DNA from: Mycoplasmoides pneumoniae FH
Lineage (GTDB): Bacteria > Bacillota_I > Bacilli_A > Mycoplasmatales > Mycoplasmoidaceae
Assembly (NCBI RefSeq): GCF_001272835.1
Contig: NZ_CP010546.1
Location: forward strand, 30,001-62,000
Direction of reading: 5' to 3'
Length of the DNA: 32,000 nucleotides
Shown: in pieces, positions 22,412 through 32,000 of the stretch
How positions within the stretch are numbered: position 1 is the first letter of the stretch
Layout: each line of letters opens with the position of its first letter
Translations under genes and position numbers: made by a program
Notes under the pieces: generated by a model
The model's input: only the letters and a program-made list of their open reading frames with translations
Databases searched by the model: none
Told to the model about the DNA's origin: nothing

Positions 22412-23032
22412 TTCCTTAAAGCGTTCTTTAAACTGCTTGGTCTTAACTGTAACTGGCTTACCCTGCACGTGGTGGTGCAACTTACAACGTGGTTCATAAG
22501 CTTCAATATCACCAATTAAAACGGTTTCGTTGCTCTTGGACACTATGCGCTGGGTGCGTTGGGCTAACTGACCACAGACATTACAAACGGCATCTAACTT
22601 ACAAATCTTGTCGGCAATCGCTAACAGTTGGGGAATGCTACCAAAGGGTTCAGCGCGGAAGTCCGTGTCTAAACCAGAAACAATGACGTTAATGCCGAGA
22701 TCATTGAGTGATTTAACCACTTCGACAATTTCACTCGAAAAGAATTGGGCTTCATCAATGGCAACCACATCAAAACGATCTTTAGTGAGGTAGTCATAGA
22801 TTTCTAAAGGTGAATTAATTTCAATGGCTTCATCACTGTGACCGTTACGGGATTTCACGAGGTGTTGTTGGCGCGTATCAATCTTTGGTTTAAAGATAAT
22901 AACGGGAATCTTGGCGAGCTTTCAGCGCTTAATTTTGCGCAATAATTCTTCGGTTTTACCGGAAAACATCGGCCCACAAATCACTTCGATTCAACCACGT
23001 GGGGATTGGTGGAAAACTTGGGAAAAGCTCAT
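22382..23032 (-). CDS. tdk: Thymidine kinase, 216 aa
   Basis: [26 protein letters not shown]-loop, [18 protein letters not shown]; two CxxC pairs (CNVCGQ; CKLHHH region). ATG at 23032 after reading TGA as Trp. Confidence 0.94.
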
Positions 23033-23040
23033 AGTTGCCC

Positions 23041-23050
23041 AATTATAATT
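23041..23050. promoter_or_regulatory. Palindromic divergent -10 element (aattataatt) between tdk and hisS
   Basis: AATTATAATT is its own reverse complement; TATAAT on plus strand 23044-23049 and on minus strand 23047-23042, within a 26-bp gap between start codons. Confidence 0.55.
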
Positions 23051-23058
23051 AAACAAAG

Positions 23059-24303
23059 ATGAGTGTGTTGCAAAAACCGCGCGGGGTTAAAGACTGGTAT
23101 GGTGAGGAGTTAATCTACTTCAATTGAACGGTGCACCAGATCACTAATTTGGCCTGAAAATGAGGCTTTAGTGAGGTCAAAACACCCCTGTTGGAATACG
23201 CTGAAGCCTTTAAGCGCACCAATGCCAACGCCGATATTGTCAAGAAGGAGTTGTATGAATTCCATGACAAATCGAACCGGCTGTTAGCCCTGCGTCCCGA
23301 GGCTACTGCTGGGATAGTGCGCTTGGTCTGTGAGAACAAACTACTCCAACCACAAAACTACCCGTTAAGGTTGTTTACCATTGGCACCATGTACCGGTAT
23401 GAACGCCCCCAAAGTAACCGTTACCGCGAGCACTACCAGTTTAGTTGTGAAGTGATAGGTGACACTAATCCAACCGTGTTACTCGACACTTTACTGTTGG
23501 GTCATGCCATTATCCAGCAATTGGGAATTGAAGGAGTGATCCTCAAACTTAACAACTTAGGTAACAGTGCTACCATTCAACAATGAAACCAAGCGCTGCA
23601 AGCTTACTTAACCCAGTTTAAGGCGCAGTTAACCGAGTTATCACAAAGCCGTTTATCGACCAATCCTCTAAGGATCTTGGACGACAAGGTTGATGGTCAA
23701 CTACCCTTTATCAGTGATGCTCCCCAAATTGAGCAGTTCTTGGATGCTGAGCAGCAGGCACTGAATACTTGACTGCAGCAACAGTTAACCCAACAACAGG
23801 TGCCGTTTGAGTGGAATCCAACCCTAGTCCGGGGCTTGGACTACTATACTGGGGTAGTGTTTGAATTTGTTAAGGATGACACCACGGTACTAGCTGGTGG
23901 GGTGTATGATAACCTAGTGGAAGAGTTAGGTGGTACACCTACTAAAGCGCTGGGTTTTGCTTGTGGCATTGAACGCTCAATTAATTGTTTAAGTGCGGTT
24001 AAAAAGCAAGCAATTTTGGCCAATCAACCCCCACGATTACTGGTTATAGGTCTCACCGAAGCAGCGTTGGAAAAGCTGTTACAACTTTCATTGGGTTGAA
24101 GGGCGTATCATCCTGTGACTATTTATCCTAAAGTTATTAGAATTATCAATGGCATCAGAGCCGCGCAACGGTTAGGTTACCGCTTTTTAGGGGTCATTGG
24201 TGGTAATAATTTAGAACAGCAAACCATTACCGTTAAAGACCTGGCTACTGAACAGCAAACAACATACACTTGAGATGAATTTAGACAACGCCAAGTGCTT
24301 TAA
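23059..24303 (+). CDS. hisS: Histidyl-tRNA synthetase, 414 aa
   Basis: [15 protein letters not shown]..., [50 protein letters not shown] motifs; frame continues through TGA to TAA 24301-24303. Confidence 0.95.
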
Positions 24304-25948
24304 GCAACGGGTTTTTATTGGCAATTTAACTTCCGAGCACCTCAATAAAACCGTTACTATTGCCGGATGGGTCAAACGGATTAAGAAGTTAGGTGAACTT
24401 AACTTTGTTATTGTCGGGGACAAGACTAATACTATTCAGGTTACCTGTAAAAATAAGGAACAGGTCAAGTACTTAACCAGAGAAGACTTGGTGATTGTCA
24501 AGGGCAAACTGAAACGCTTAGACAGTGTTCGGTTTGAAATTACCAATCCTACTATTACCTTATTTGCCAAGTCCAAAACACCCCCTCTTATCATTGAGGA
24601 CAAAACTGATGCTTTAGAAGAAGTGCGTTTGCGTTACCGCTACTTAGACTTACGCCGTCCGGTGATGCAAAAGCGCTTGGCGTTACGCCATAAGGTAACT
24701 TTAGCCGTCCGGAACTGACTAGATCAAATGGGGTTTATTGAAGTAGAAACACCTACGCTCACGAAGTCCACACCGGAGGGTGCTAGGGACTTTTTGGTAC
24801 CGGCCAGAATTAGGGAACATAGCTTTTACGCTTTGCCCCAAAGTCCACAAATTTATAAACAGTTATTAATGGTTGGTGGTACGGAAAAGTACTTCCAAAT
24901 TGCCCATGTTTACCGCGATGAAGACAGCCGCAAAGACCGTCAACCTGAACACACCCAAATTGACTTAGAGGTGGCCTTTTACACCAAGGAAATGGTGATG
25001 GATTTAATCCAAAGGTTATTTGTCGATGTCTTTCGCCAAGTGTTAAACATTAAGCTCAAAAAACCGTTTCCAGTGTTAAAGTTTGCTGAAGCCTTTAACC
25101 GTTTTGGCAGTGACAAACCGGATTTACGTTATGGTTTCGAACTGGAAGACTGCACTGATTTATTCCAAGACAGTCCGAACCAATTCACTAACTTAATTAA
25201 TGCTGGCGGCATAGTCGGTGGGATCCAATTACCGAATCTTTATTTAGACGAAGTTTCTTTTAAAGCATTGAGGAAACTAGCTAAGGACAACGGGGTTTCC
25301 TTAGAGTTTTACTCTGATAAAGCTAGTTCCCTAAAACAACCCCTGGATTTACCGTTAGCAGGCACCATCTTACTGGTAGCACACAAAAGTAAAACGCAAG
25401 CTTGAACGGCATTAGGCGCCATTCGCAATGAGTTGAAGTACCACCTCAACTTAGTGAAACCCAACCAGTACAGCTTTTGTTGAATTGTAGACTTTCCTTT
25501 ATACGAGTTTGACGAAAAGGAACAGAAGTGGGTTTCGGCGCACAACATGTTCTCCAATCCCCAACCGCAGTGGTTGGTTAACTTTGAAAACCACAAGGCT
25601 GAGGCGTTGAGTGAACAGTACGACCTAGTTTTAAATGGGTTTGAACTGGGTAGTGGTTCAATTCGGATCCATGACCCAGAAGTACAAACCCGTTTAATGC
25701 AATCTTTAGGGGTGGATCCCCAACAGTTTGGCTTTGTGATGGAGGCTTACCAGTACGGTGCTCCTGTACACGCTGGCATGGGTTTGGGATTAGACCGCTT
25801 AATGATGATCATTAACAATGTGGACAACATTAGGGAAGTGATGGCCTTTCCGAAAAATGCCCAAGGGATAGAGATGCACACTAATGCCCCTGATCAGGTT
25901 GACATTAAAGACATAACAACAATATGGTCCAAACACCCAGTGAAATAA
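24275..25948 (+). CDS. aspS: Aspartyl-tRNA synthetase, 557 aa
   Basis: Class II motifs RYRYLDLRRP, FIEVETPTLTKSTPEGARDFLVPAR, QSPQIYKQLLMVGGTEKYFQIAHVYRDEDSRKDRQPEHTQIDLEV, GMGLGLDRLMM; all segments in one frame. Confidence 0.96.
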
Positions 25949-27279
25949 ATACCCACCTTAAACACCTCTTGGCCTGTGATGCTTATAAGCTATCACACCG
26001 CTTAATGTATCCTAATGACACGACCAACTTATACAGTTGTTTAACAGCCCGGGGTGGTCGTGGTGGTTTTCCAAATTTTGTGTGAAACCACGAGTTTGCC
26101 AAAAAGATTATTCTTGAAGTGTTTGGTAACTTTTGTGATAGTGTGTTAGCAGTCCAAAACGATCCTGGGTTGGCCCAAGCGCTCACTGACAAGGTGACCA
26201 CTGTTTTTGGTGATCCCCAGTTTGGGTTGGAGTTTACCCAGCACATCTGTTATTTAGCTAACTTTTTAAAACAACACCACCAGTTACCCTTAACGGTAAA
26301 GATTCACCAGAGTTCTGAGGGTTTAGCCTTCCGTACACCCTTAGTAACTATTACAGGTTCGGACCAAATGGTTCCCGAGTTAGTTTGGTTAGTCAACTAT
26401 TTTGAAACCGTATTATTGGAAAACATCTGATTGTACCAAACTACTTTAACTGTCGCCCAAAGCTTAAAGCTGCTGTTGGAACGCTATGCTAACGAAACCG
26501 CGGATAATACTGAATTTACCCACTTTCAGTGTCATGATTTTAGTATGCGTGGTATGAGTAGTCTTCAAAGTGCTTTATATGTAGCTAATGCTCACCTGCA
26601 GTACTTTAGTGGCAGTGACACCATTTTAGGCGGTGTAGCTGCTAAATCGATCTTAGCTAGTGAACACTCGGTGATGTGTGCTGATGGTCAAGAGGGTGAA
26701 TTGAATACCTTTAAACGTTTATTGGAGCAGTTTCCTAACAAAAATCTGTCCTTAGTGATTGATTCTTATGACATGTGGCATGTTCTAGATAACATCTTAC
26801 CCCAACTCAAGGACTTAGTTTTACAACGACAGGAGAAGCTGTACCTCCGACCTGACTCGGGCAACTTTGAAACCCTTATTTGTCAGGGCAAACGGTTTAA
26901 CCCCGAGGACAAAACTACCTGGGGAGTAATTGATTACTTAGATTACCACTTTGGTTCCACTGTTAACCAAAAAGGTTATAAGGTTTTGAACCAAAAGTTG
27001 GGTATTGTTTATGGCGATGGCATTACCTATGAGCGGATTGAGTACATTTTGGAACAGCTCAAACAACGTGGGTTTTGTTCTTCCAACATTGTCTTTGGGG
27101 TTGGTAGTACAACTTACCAAAACCTTAACCGTGATACGTTGGGATTTGTGTATAAGTTGACAGCCATCAAAAAGGGTAATACCTGACATGATGTTACCAA
27201 GAGTCCCATAACCGATCCCACCAAGCAGTCCATAGGGGGACGATTTGATAACCCCAACCTAATTCAGGTTTACGGTTAA
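25924..27279 (+). CDS. Nicotinate/nicotinamide phosphoribosyltransferase-like protein, 451 aa
   Basis: FHDFSMRGMSSLQSALYVANAHLQYFSGSDTILGG, HFGSTVNQKGYKVLNQKLGIVYGDGITYERIEYI, FGVGSTTYQNLNRDTLGFVYKLTA, SPITDPTKQSIGGRF; ATG 25924 in frame with track ORFs 26119.. and 26431... Confidence 0.87.
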
Positions 27280-27384
27280 TGCACCTCAAAAAACCGTTAG
27301 TGGTTACTAAGGATTGCTTTTATTGACTTAGTTTCGGATCGCTAAAATGATTGTTAGCACCAATCTTTTTAAAATTTTCCAAAC

Positions 27385-27505
27385 ATTAAATTTTCTTTGT
27401 TGGTTGTAGTTGTTAGGTTGTTTAGTCAAAGATCCACCTTTTCGTAATAGTTAATTAAGTAATTTAGTTAGTTTCTTTTTATCCAATTTTAAACAGACTA
27501 AAAAA
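27385..27505 (+). repeat. Upstream copy of duplicated 5' leader (partner 29483-29602)
   Basis: attaaattttctttgttggttgtagttgttaggttgtttagtc.aagatccaccttttcgtaa.agttaattaagt.atttagttagtttctttttatccaa nearly identical in both places. Confidence 0.9.
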
Positions 27506-29426
27506 ATCCGCTTTCGGTATAAAGCGTTTCTACTAACTTTATTTGCGTCAACCACAACGCTTACTGGATTCATAATACCTACTTTGAGCCAACACGGTTC
27601 GAGTACGGATCCGAGTTTTGTGGCATTGCGCAACAACAGTAGTTTAAGCCGTGATGGTAAAAGTCGGCTTTTAGAATTTGGTAATGACCTTGGTTTTAGC
27701 AAGGAAGAAACTGATGCCTTTGCTAAACAAAAGGATTGAAACCAGAACTTTGTTAAATTTCAAAAGCAGTTTGAAAACAAGCTTTTAGACCCAAAGAACT
27801 TTAGCTTAACCGATGTTTATAACCTCTTTAGTGGTTTTCAACAAAGTGTTACGGCTACTGTTCAGCTAATGAACGAGTTGCAAACCAAAGTCAATGAGGC
27901 TAATAATATTTTCCCAGTTGAAGCCTTCAAGGTACCTAAGGTTCCAGAAAAACTGTTTGGTTTTGTCAACCAAGGCTTCTTTCCTAAACTAAACCCTAAG
28001 GGCTTAAACATTGCTGATAACGTGGCTTCCTTATTTGAACAATACAGCTTAAAGCAAGCAAGTCTTAAGGACTTTGACATATTATTGGAAAAGAAAAACG
28101 ACATTGTGTTGGAACACAAGGTGCGTTATAACTTTGCTTTGCAATTTAACTTTGAAACCACTTATGTTGGTACTGGTGGGGAAATTAACCTACAGTTTGC
28201 ACTGCAAGCTTCCACTACTAACTTTAGTAGCTTAGAAGAACTCCAAGCTAGCTTTAGTAAAACAGGCGATAACCTTACTGCCCAATTGTTCTGAAAACCA
28301 ACTGTAACTAAGTTAGTTTCTGGGGAAAATGATCTAACCCATATTGCCCAAACAGCAATCGGTGAAAGTCTGTTTGACAGCCGGGTTGACTTAAGTGCTT
28401 CTATTATTAATAGTGAAGCAACCCTTAAAACAGCCGAAGCAACATTTACAACCCAAGTTTTAAATCCGTTTAAAGCGAAACGGGAAAAGGCTTTGGCCAT
28501 TAAGAAAGCTGAAGAAGAGAAAATTAAAAAAGAACTTGAAGAGCAAAAGAAGCGTCAAGAAGAATTAGCAAAACAACAACGAGACAAAGAGGCATTACAA
28601 AAGTCACTTTGAAAATTTCAAGAATTTATTAGCTACTGAAACGGTCAAGGAAAAGACGTTAAGCAAAAAGAACAATTTATTCAAGCATTAGAAGCGGCGT
28701 TTTCTACCAATTGGAACGAGGTTTTCAATTTGTTAATTGCCGGTTTTAGAAGTGCAATTCAGACTTATTACAAAGATGGCAAAGCAGATCAAAGCCAAAA
28801 CGCTAAAATTGCTTTTGGCGAAAAGGGTATTCAATTCCCTAAATCTGGCCCAGGACTTGACGGTATTTTCATGTCAGATTTCCTTCGTGGTAACCTTACC
28901 GGCAACGCTCACTTTGATTTAAAACTTAAAAAAGTTGAAGTTAAAAACACACAAGGAAAAGACGCACAAGGCAATGATAAAAAAGCCTCCATTAATTGAC
29001 AAGCTAAGCAAAATAACTTCCCCTTCAGACAAGTAAACCCATGGGATTTTTCCTTTGAAGTAGAACTTAAGTATGAAGGTAGCTATGGCCTATATCCAGG
29101 TGCTAGGTTCCTTAACTTATTTGGTTCCTTAGGTATTCCTAACGATTGAAAAGGCGAAATGAGCGTTAAGTTTGTGCTCGATGGTAAGACACCTCAATGG
29201 ATTGCTGATAAACCAGATTACCCAGGTTCCTTGTTTAAATTTGAAAAGAACCAGTTAAAGTTCACTCCCCACGTTAAGGAGCATGTACATGTTGAAAACA
29301 AACAATTTATGGAAAAGTTGAAAGAGTCAAAACTTGCATAACTTGGAGTTAGAAACTGGTGCTACAAAACCACCTGTTGTGGACTTAGCTAGTTATCTAC
29401 ACTACCTCATTTTGAACCACAAGTAG
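27506..29426 (+). pseudogene. MG032/MG096/MG288-family paralog P5, degraded: ATG replaced by ATC and +1 frameshift near 3' end
   Basis: ATC CGC TTT CGG TAT AAA GCG ... aligns with P6 ATG CGC TTT CGG TAT AAG GCG. Frame is open to TAA 29339-29341 (KESKLA*), but the shifted frame continues NLELETGATKPPVVDLASYLHYLILNHK* to 29426, matching the P6 C-terminus. Confidence 0.8.
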
Positions 29427-29482
29427 ATTTAACGTATTGCTAAATTGGTTGTATAAGCCAAACTTTATACAATCTTTCAAAC

Positions 29483-29602
29483 ATTAAATTTTCTTTGTTG
29501 GTTGTAGTTGTTAGGTTGTTTAGTCGAAGATCCACCTTTTCGTAAAAGTTAATTAAGTCATTTAGTTAGTTTCTTTTTATCCAACTTGAAACAGACTAAA
29601 AA
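29483..29602 (+). repeat. Downstream copy of duplicated 5' leader (partner 27385-27505)
   Basis: See partner; similarity continues for about 270 bp into the coding region. Confidence 0.9.
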
Positions 29603-31501
29603 ATGCGCTTTCGGTATAAGGCGTTTCTACTAACTTTATTTGCGTCAACCACAACGCTTACTGGATTCATAATACCTACTTTGAGCCAACACGGTTCGAG
29701 TACGGATCCGAGTTTTGTGGCATTGCGCAACAACAGTAGTTTAAGCTGTGATGGTAAAAGTCGGCTTTTAGAATTTGGTAATGACCTTGGTTTTAGCAAG
29801 GAAGAAACTGATGTGTTAGCGAAACAGAAAAACTGGGAGCAGAATTACACTAACTTTAAAAAGCAGTTTGAACACAAGCTTTTAGATCCGAAGAGCTTTA
29901 GCTTAACTGATGTGTATAACCTCTTTAGTGGTTTTCAACAAAGTGTAGCTGACACGGTTAAGCTAATGAATGAATTGCAAACTCAGGTAAATAAAGCTAA
30001 CGACATTTACCCAGTGGAAAGCTTTCAAGTGCCTAAGGTACCACAAAAGCTATTTGGATTTGTCGACCAGGGCTTCTTTCCGAAGTTAAACCCGAAGGGC
30101 TTGAACATTGCTGATAACGTGGCTTACTTGTTTGAGAAGTACAGCCTAAAACAAGCAACCCTTAAAGACTTTGACATCGTTTTGGAAAAGAAGAACGACA
30201 TTGTGTTGGAACACAAGGTGCGTTATAACTTTGCTTTGCAATTTCACTTTGAAACTACATACATAGGTAGCGGTGGCGAAATTAACCTACAGTTTGCACT
30301 GCAAGCTTCCACCACTAACTTTAGTAGTTTAGAGGAATTGCAAGCTAGCTTTAGTAAGGTAGGTAATAATTTAACTGCTCAATTGTTCTGAAAACCAGTT
30401 GTAACCAAGCTCACTTCTGGAGAAAATGACTTAACTCACATTGCTCAAACCGCCGTTGGGGAAAGTTTATTTGACAGCAGGGTTGACTTAACATCCTCTA
30501 TTATTAACAACGAAGCAGCCATTAAAACTACTCAGCAACAATTTGAAACAGAGGCTTTAGCACTTTTTAAAGCAGAACGTGAAAAAGCTTTAGCGGAATA
30601 TAAAGCAGAGCAAGAACGAATTGCTAAAGAACTTGAAGAACAAAGAAAAGAATTAGAACGTCTCAAAAAAGAACAACAAAATAAACAAGAGTTAGTAGAG
30701 TCCTTATACAATGTTGCTAACTTTGTTAGTTATTGAGAAAAGCGTGGCAAGGACGTTACTGACAAAAAACAATTAATTCAAGCACTTAAATCAGCTTTTG
30801 CTACCAACTGAAACGAAGTGTTTCAATTATTAACTGCTGGAATGCGTGAAGGTATTAAGGAGTATTACAAACATAATAAACCTGACCAAAGCGCTAATGC
30901 TAAAAAAGCCTTTGGCCAAAATGGTCTTGCATTTCCGCGAACTGGCTTTGATGGTATCTACATGTCTGACTGGCTTCGTGGTGAATTGAGGAATAAGGGT
31001 AACATCAATCTCCATCTCAAACAAAACGAAACCACCGTTAAAAAGATTAGGGATGACATTAGTATCGAATGAAATGAAAGCAAGGGCGGTATTGAGTTTC
31101 ACCAAACTTACCCTTACTGATTTGAATTTGAAGTTAACTTTAAGTACATTGGTGGTTACTCCTTAAACTGATGGGATGCCATTTGAGCTAAAGTAGCTGG
31201 GATCCCAGGTTCTTGAAAGGGTGAAATGAACTTAAAGCTAGTTATTGATGGTGAAATTCATAAGTGAATGGTAACCAAGCCAGACTATCCTGGAACCTTC
31301 TTTCCATTTGATGACCAGTTTGATAAGCTTTGATTCACCTTGCACGTTAGTCAAGAAATTAGTGTAAGGGATGAATCCTTCATGAATTTGCTCAAGAAAC
31401 AAGGATTAGATAAATTAGATCTTCGAACAGGATCAACCAAACCACCAGTAGTCGATCTAGCTAGCTACCTCCACTACTTGATTTTGGCAGACAAGAGTTA
31501 A
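29603..31501 (+). CDS. MG032/MG096/MG288-family protein, paralog P6, 632 aa
   Basis: MRFRYKAFLLTLFASTTTLTGFIIPTLSQ...; open through TGA codons to TAA 31499-31501 (...GSTKPPVVDLASYLHYLILADKS*). Confidence 0.87.
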
Positions 31502-31712
31502 TAACTAAATTAACTATCAAAAAGTTTAAGGGCATCTACCTAAATAGGTGTCCTTTTACTTTACCTTTCAAACTAAACAAAAAATACTCTGTTGGAGTAG
31601 ATTTTTTCCTCTCTAACCCTTTTAAGTATTGGTTGTAAGTGGTAATAAACGCTTCGTGATGAAAATCAAAAGTTCATTAGTTTAGGTTAATAAATTTAAG
31701 TAAAAATTAAAT

Positions 31713-31940
31713 ATGCTTAATTGATTTAAAAAAATTTTTTTCTCTGATTGAGGTGGAGCAGAAGATAAGCAGAATAAAAATAAGAAAAATGAACAAGCTG
31801 TTTTTGTAGATAAAGTAATGAGTAGAACAGATTTAACTGATGAAGAAAAAACAAATTCTAGTTGATTACTATCAGATGTTAGATGACTATTTGGACGATG
31901 ATTGAGACTAACTAAAACCACCCCGTGGGGTAGTTTTTAA
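31713..31940 (+). CDS. Possible small Trp-rich ORF, 75 aa
   Basis: ATG 31713 to TAA 31938-31940 when TGA = Trp: MLNWFKKIFFSDWGGAEDKQNKNKKNEQAVFVDKVMSRTDLTDEEKTNSSWLLSDVRWLFGRWLRLTKTTPWGSF. No homology recognised; overlaps a terminator hairpin. Confidence 0.3.
31914..31938 (+). terminator. Intrinsic terminator hairpin
   Basis: aaaaccacccc gt ggggtagtttt t: 10 of 11 stem positions pair, GC core followed by a T run; A-rich on the other side so possibly bidirectional. Confidence 0.7.
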
Positions 31941-32000
31941 TTTTAAGAACTAACCTTGTCTTAGTCTAAACTAGCTCATTTTAGTGTTCTTTTAACAGCT

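Noticed and set aside
228-31501. Dozens of consecutive short ORFs in the supplied track that look like fragmented genes
   Set aside because: They are in the same frame and separated only by TGA, which is Trp in this lineage; merged into single genes.
11392-31501. Interpretation of P1-P6 as lipoproteins
   Set aside because: N-terminal hydrophobic segments lack the lipobox cysteine (e.g. [38 protein letters not shown]), so only a signal/anchor-like segment is supported.
31682-31921. Minus-strand 79-aa ORF
   Set aside because: Overlaps the terminator hairpin and AT-rich sequence, with no RBS or motif identified; likely spurious.
1-32000. CRISPR array, toxin-antitoxin, restriction-modification or prophage modules
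   Set aside because: No regularly spaced short repeats, Cas/REase/MTase/integrase motifs or phage genes were seen when reading both strands.

Overview
Bacterial chromosome segment that must be read with the Mycoplasma/Spiroplasma genetic code (TGA = Trp). The many short ORFs in the supplied track merge into full-length genes once TGA is read through. From gene content (DUF16/UPF0134 genes, MG032/MG096/MG288-family paralogs, and the order rpoE-fba-ychF ... efp-nusB ... upp-polC ... glpF, tdk, hisS-aspS-nicotin(amid)ate PRTase) I infer Mycoplasma (Mycoplasmoides) pneumoniae or a very close relative. Housekeeping blocks (1-11 kb and 21.6-27.3 kb) are extremely compact, with many overlapping gene ends. 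Two accessory clusters (11.3-21.3 kb and 27.4-31.5 kb) hold six tandem paralogs of one large surface/secreted-like family, plus two small DUF16 coiled-coil genes. Three of these copies look damaged: one has a single in-frame TAG, one has a lost start codon plus a 3' +1 frameshift, and one DUF16 copy has a -1 frameshift. The most noteworthy signals are: these nearly intact broken copies next to intact ones, with conversion-like identity tracts; a covarying 16-17 bp hairpin 11 nt after each DUF16 stop codon; a conserved leader element upstream of the paralogs, with a small hairpin in two of them; and a palindromic TATAAT-bearing divergent promoter in a 26-bp tdk/hisS gap. I found no convincing new defence system, CRISPR array or tRNA/rRNA.
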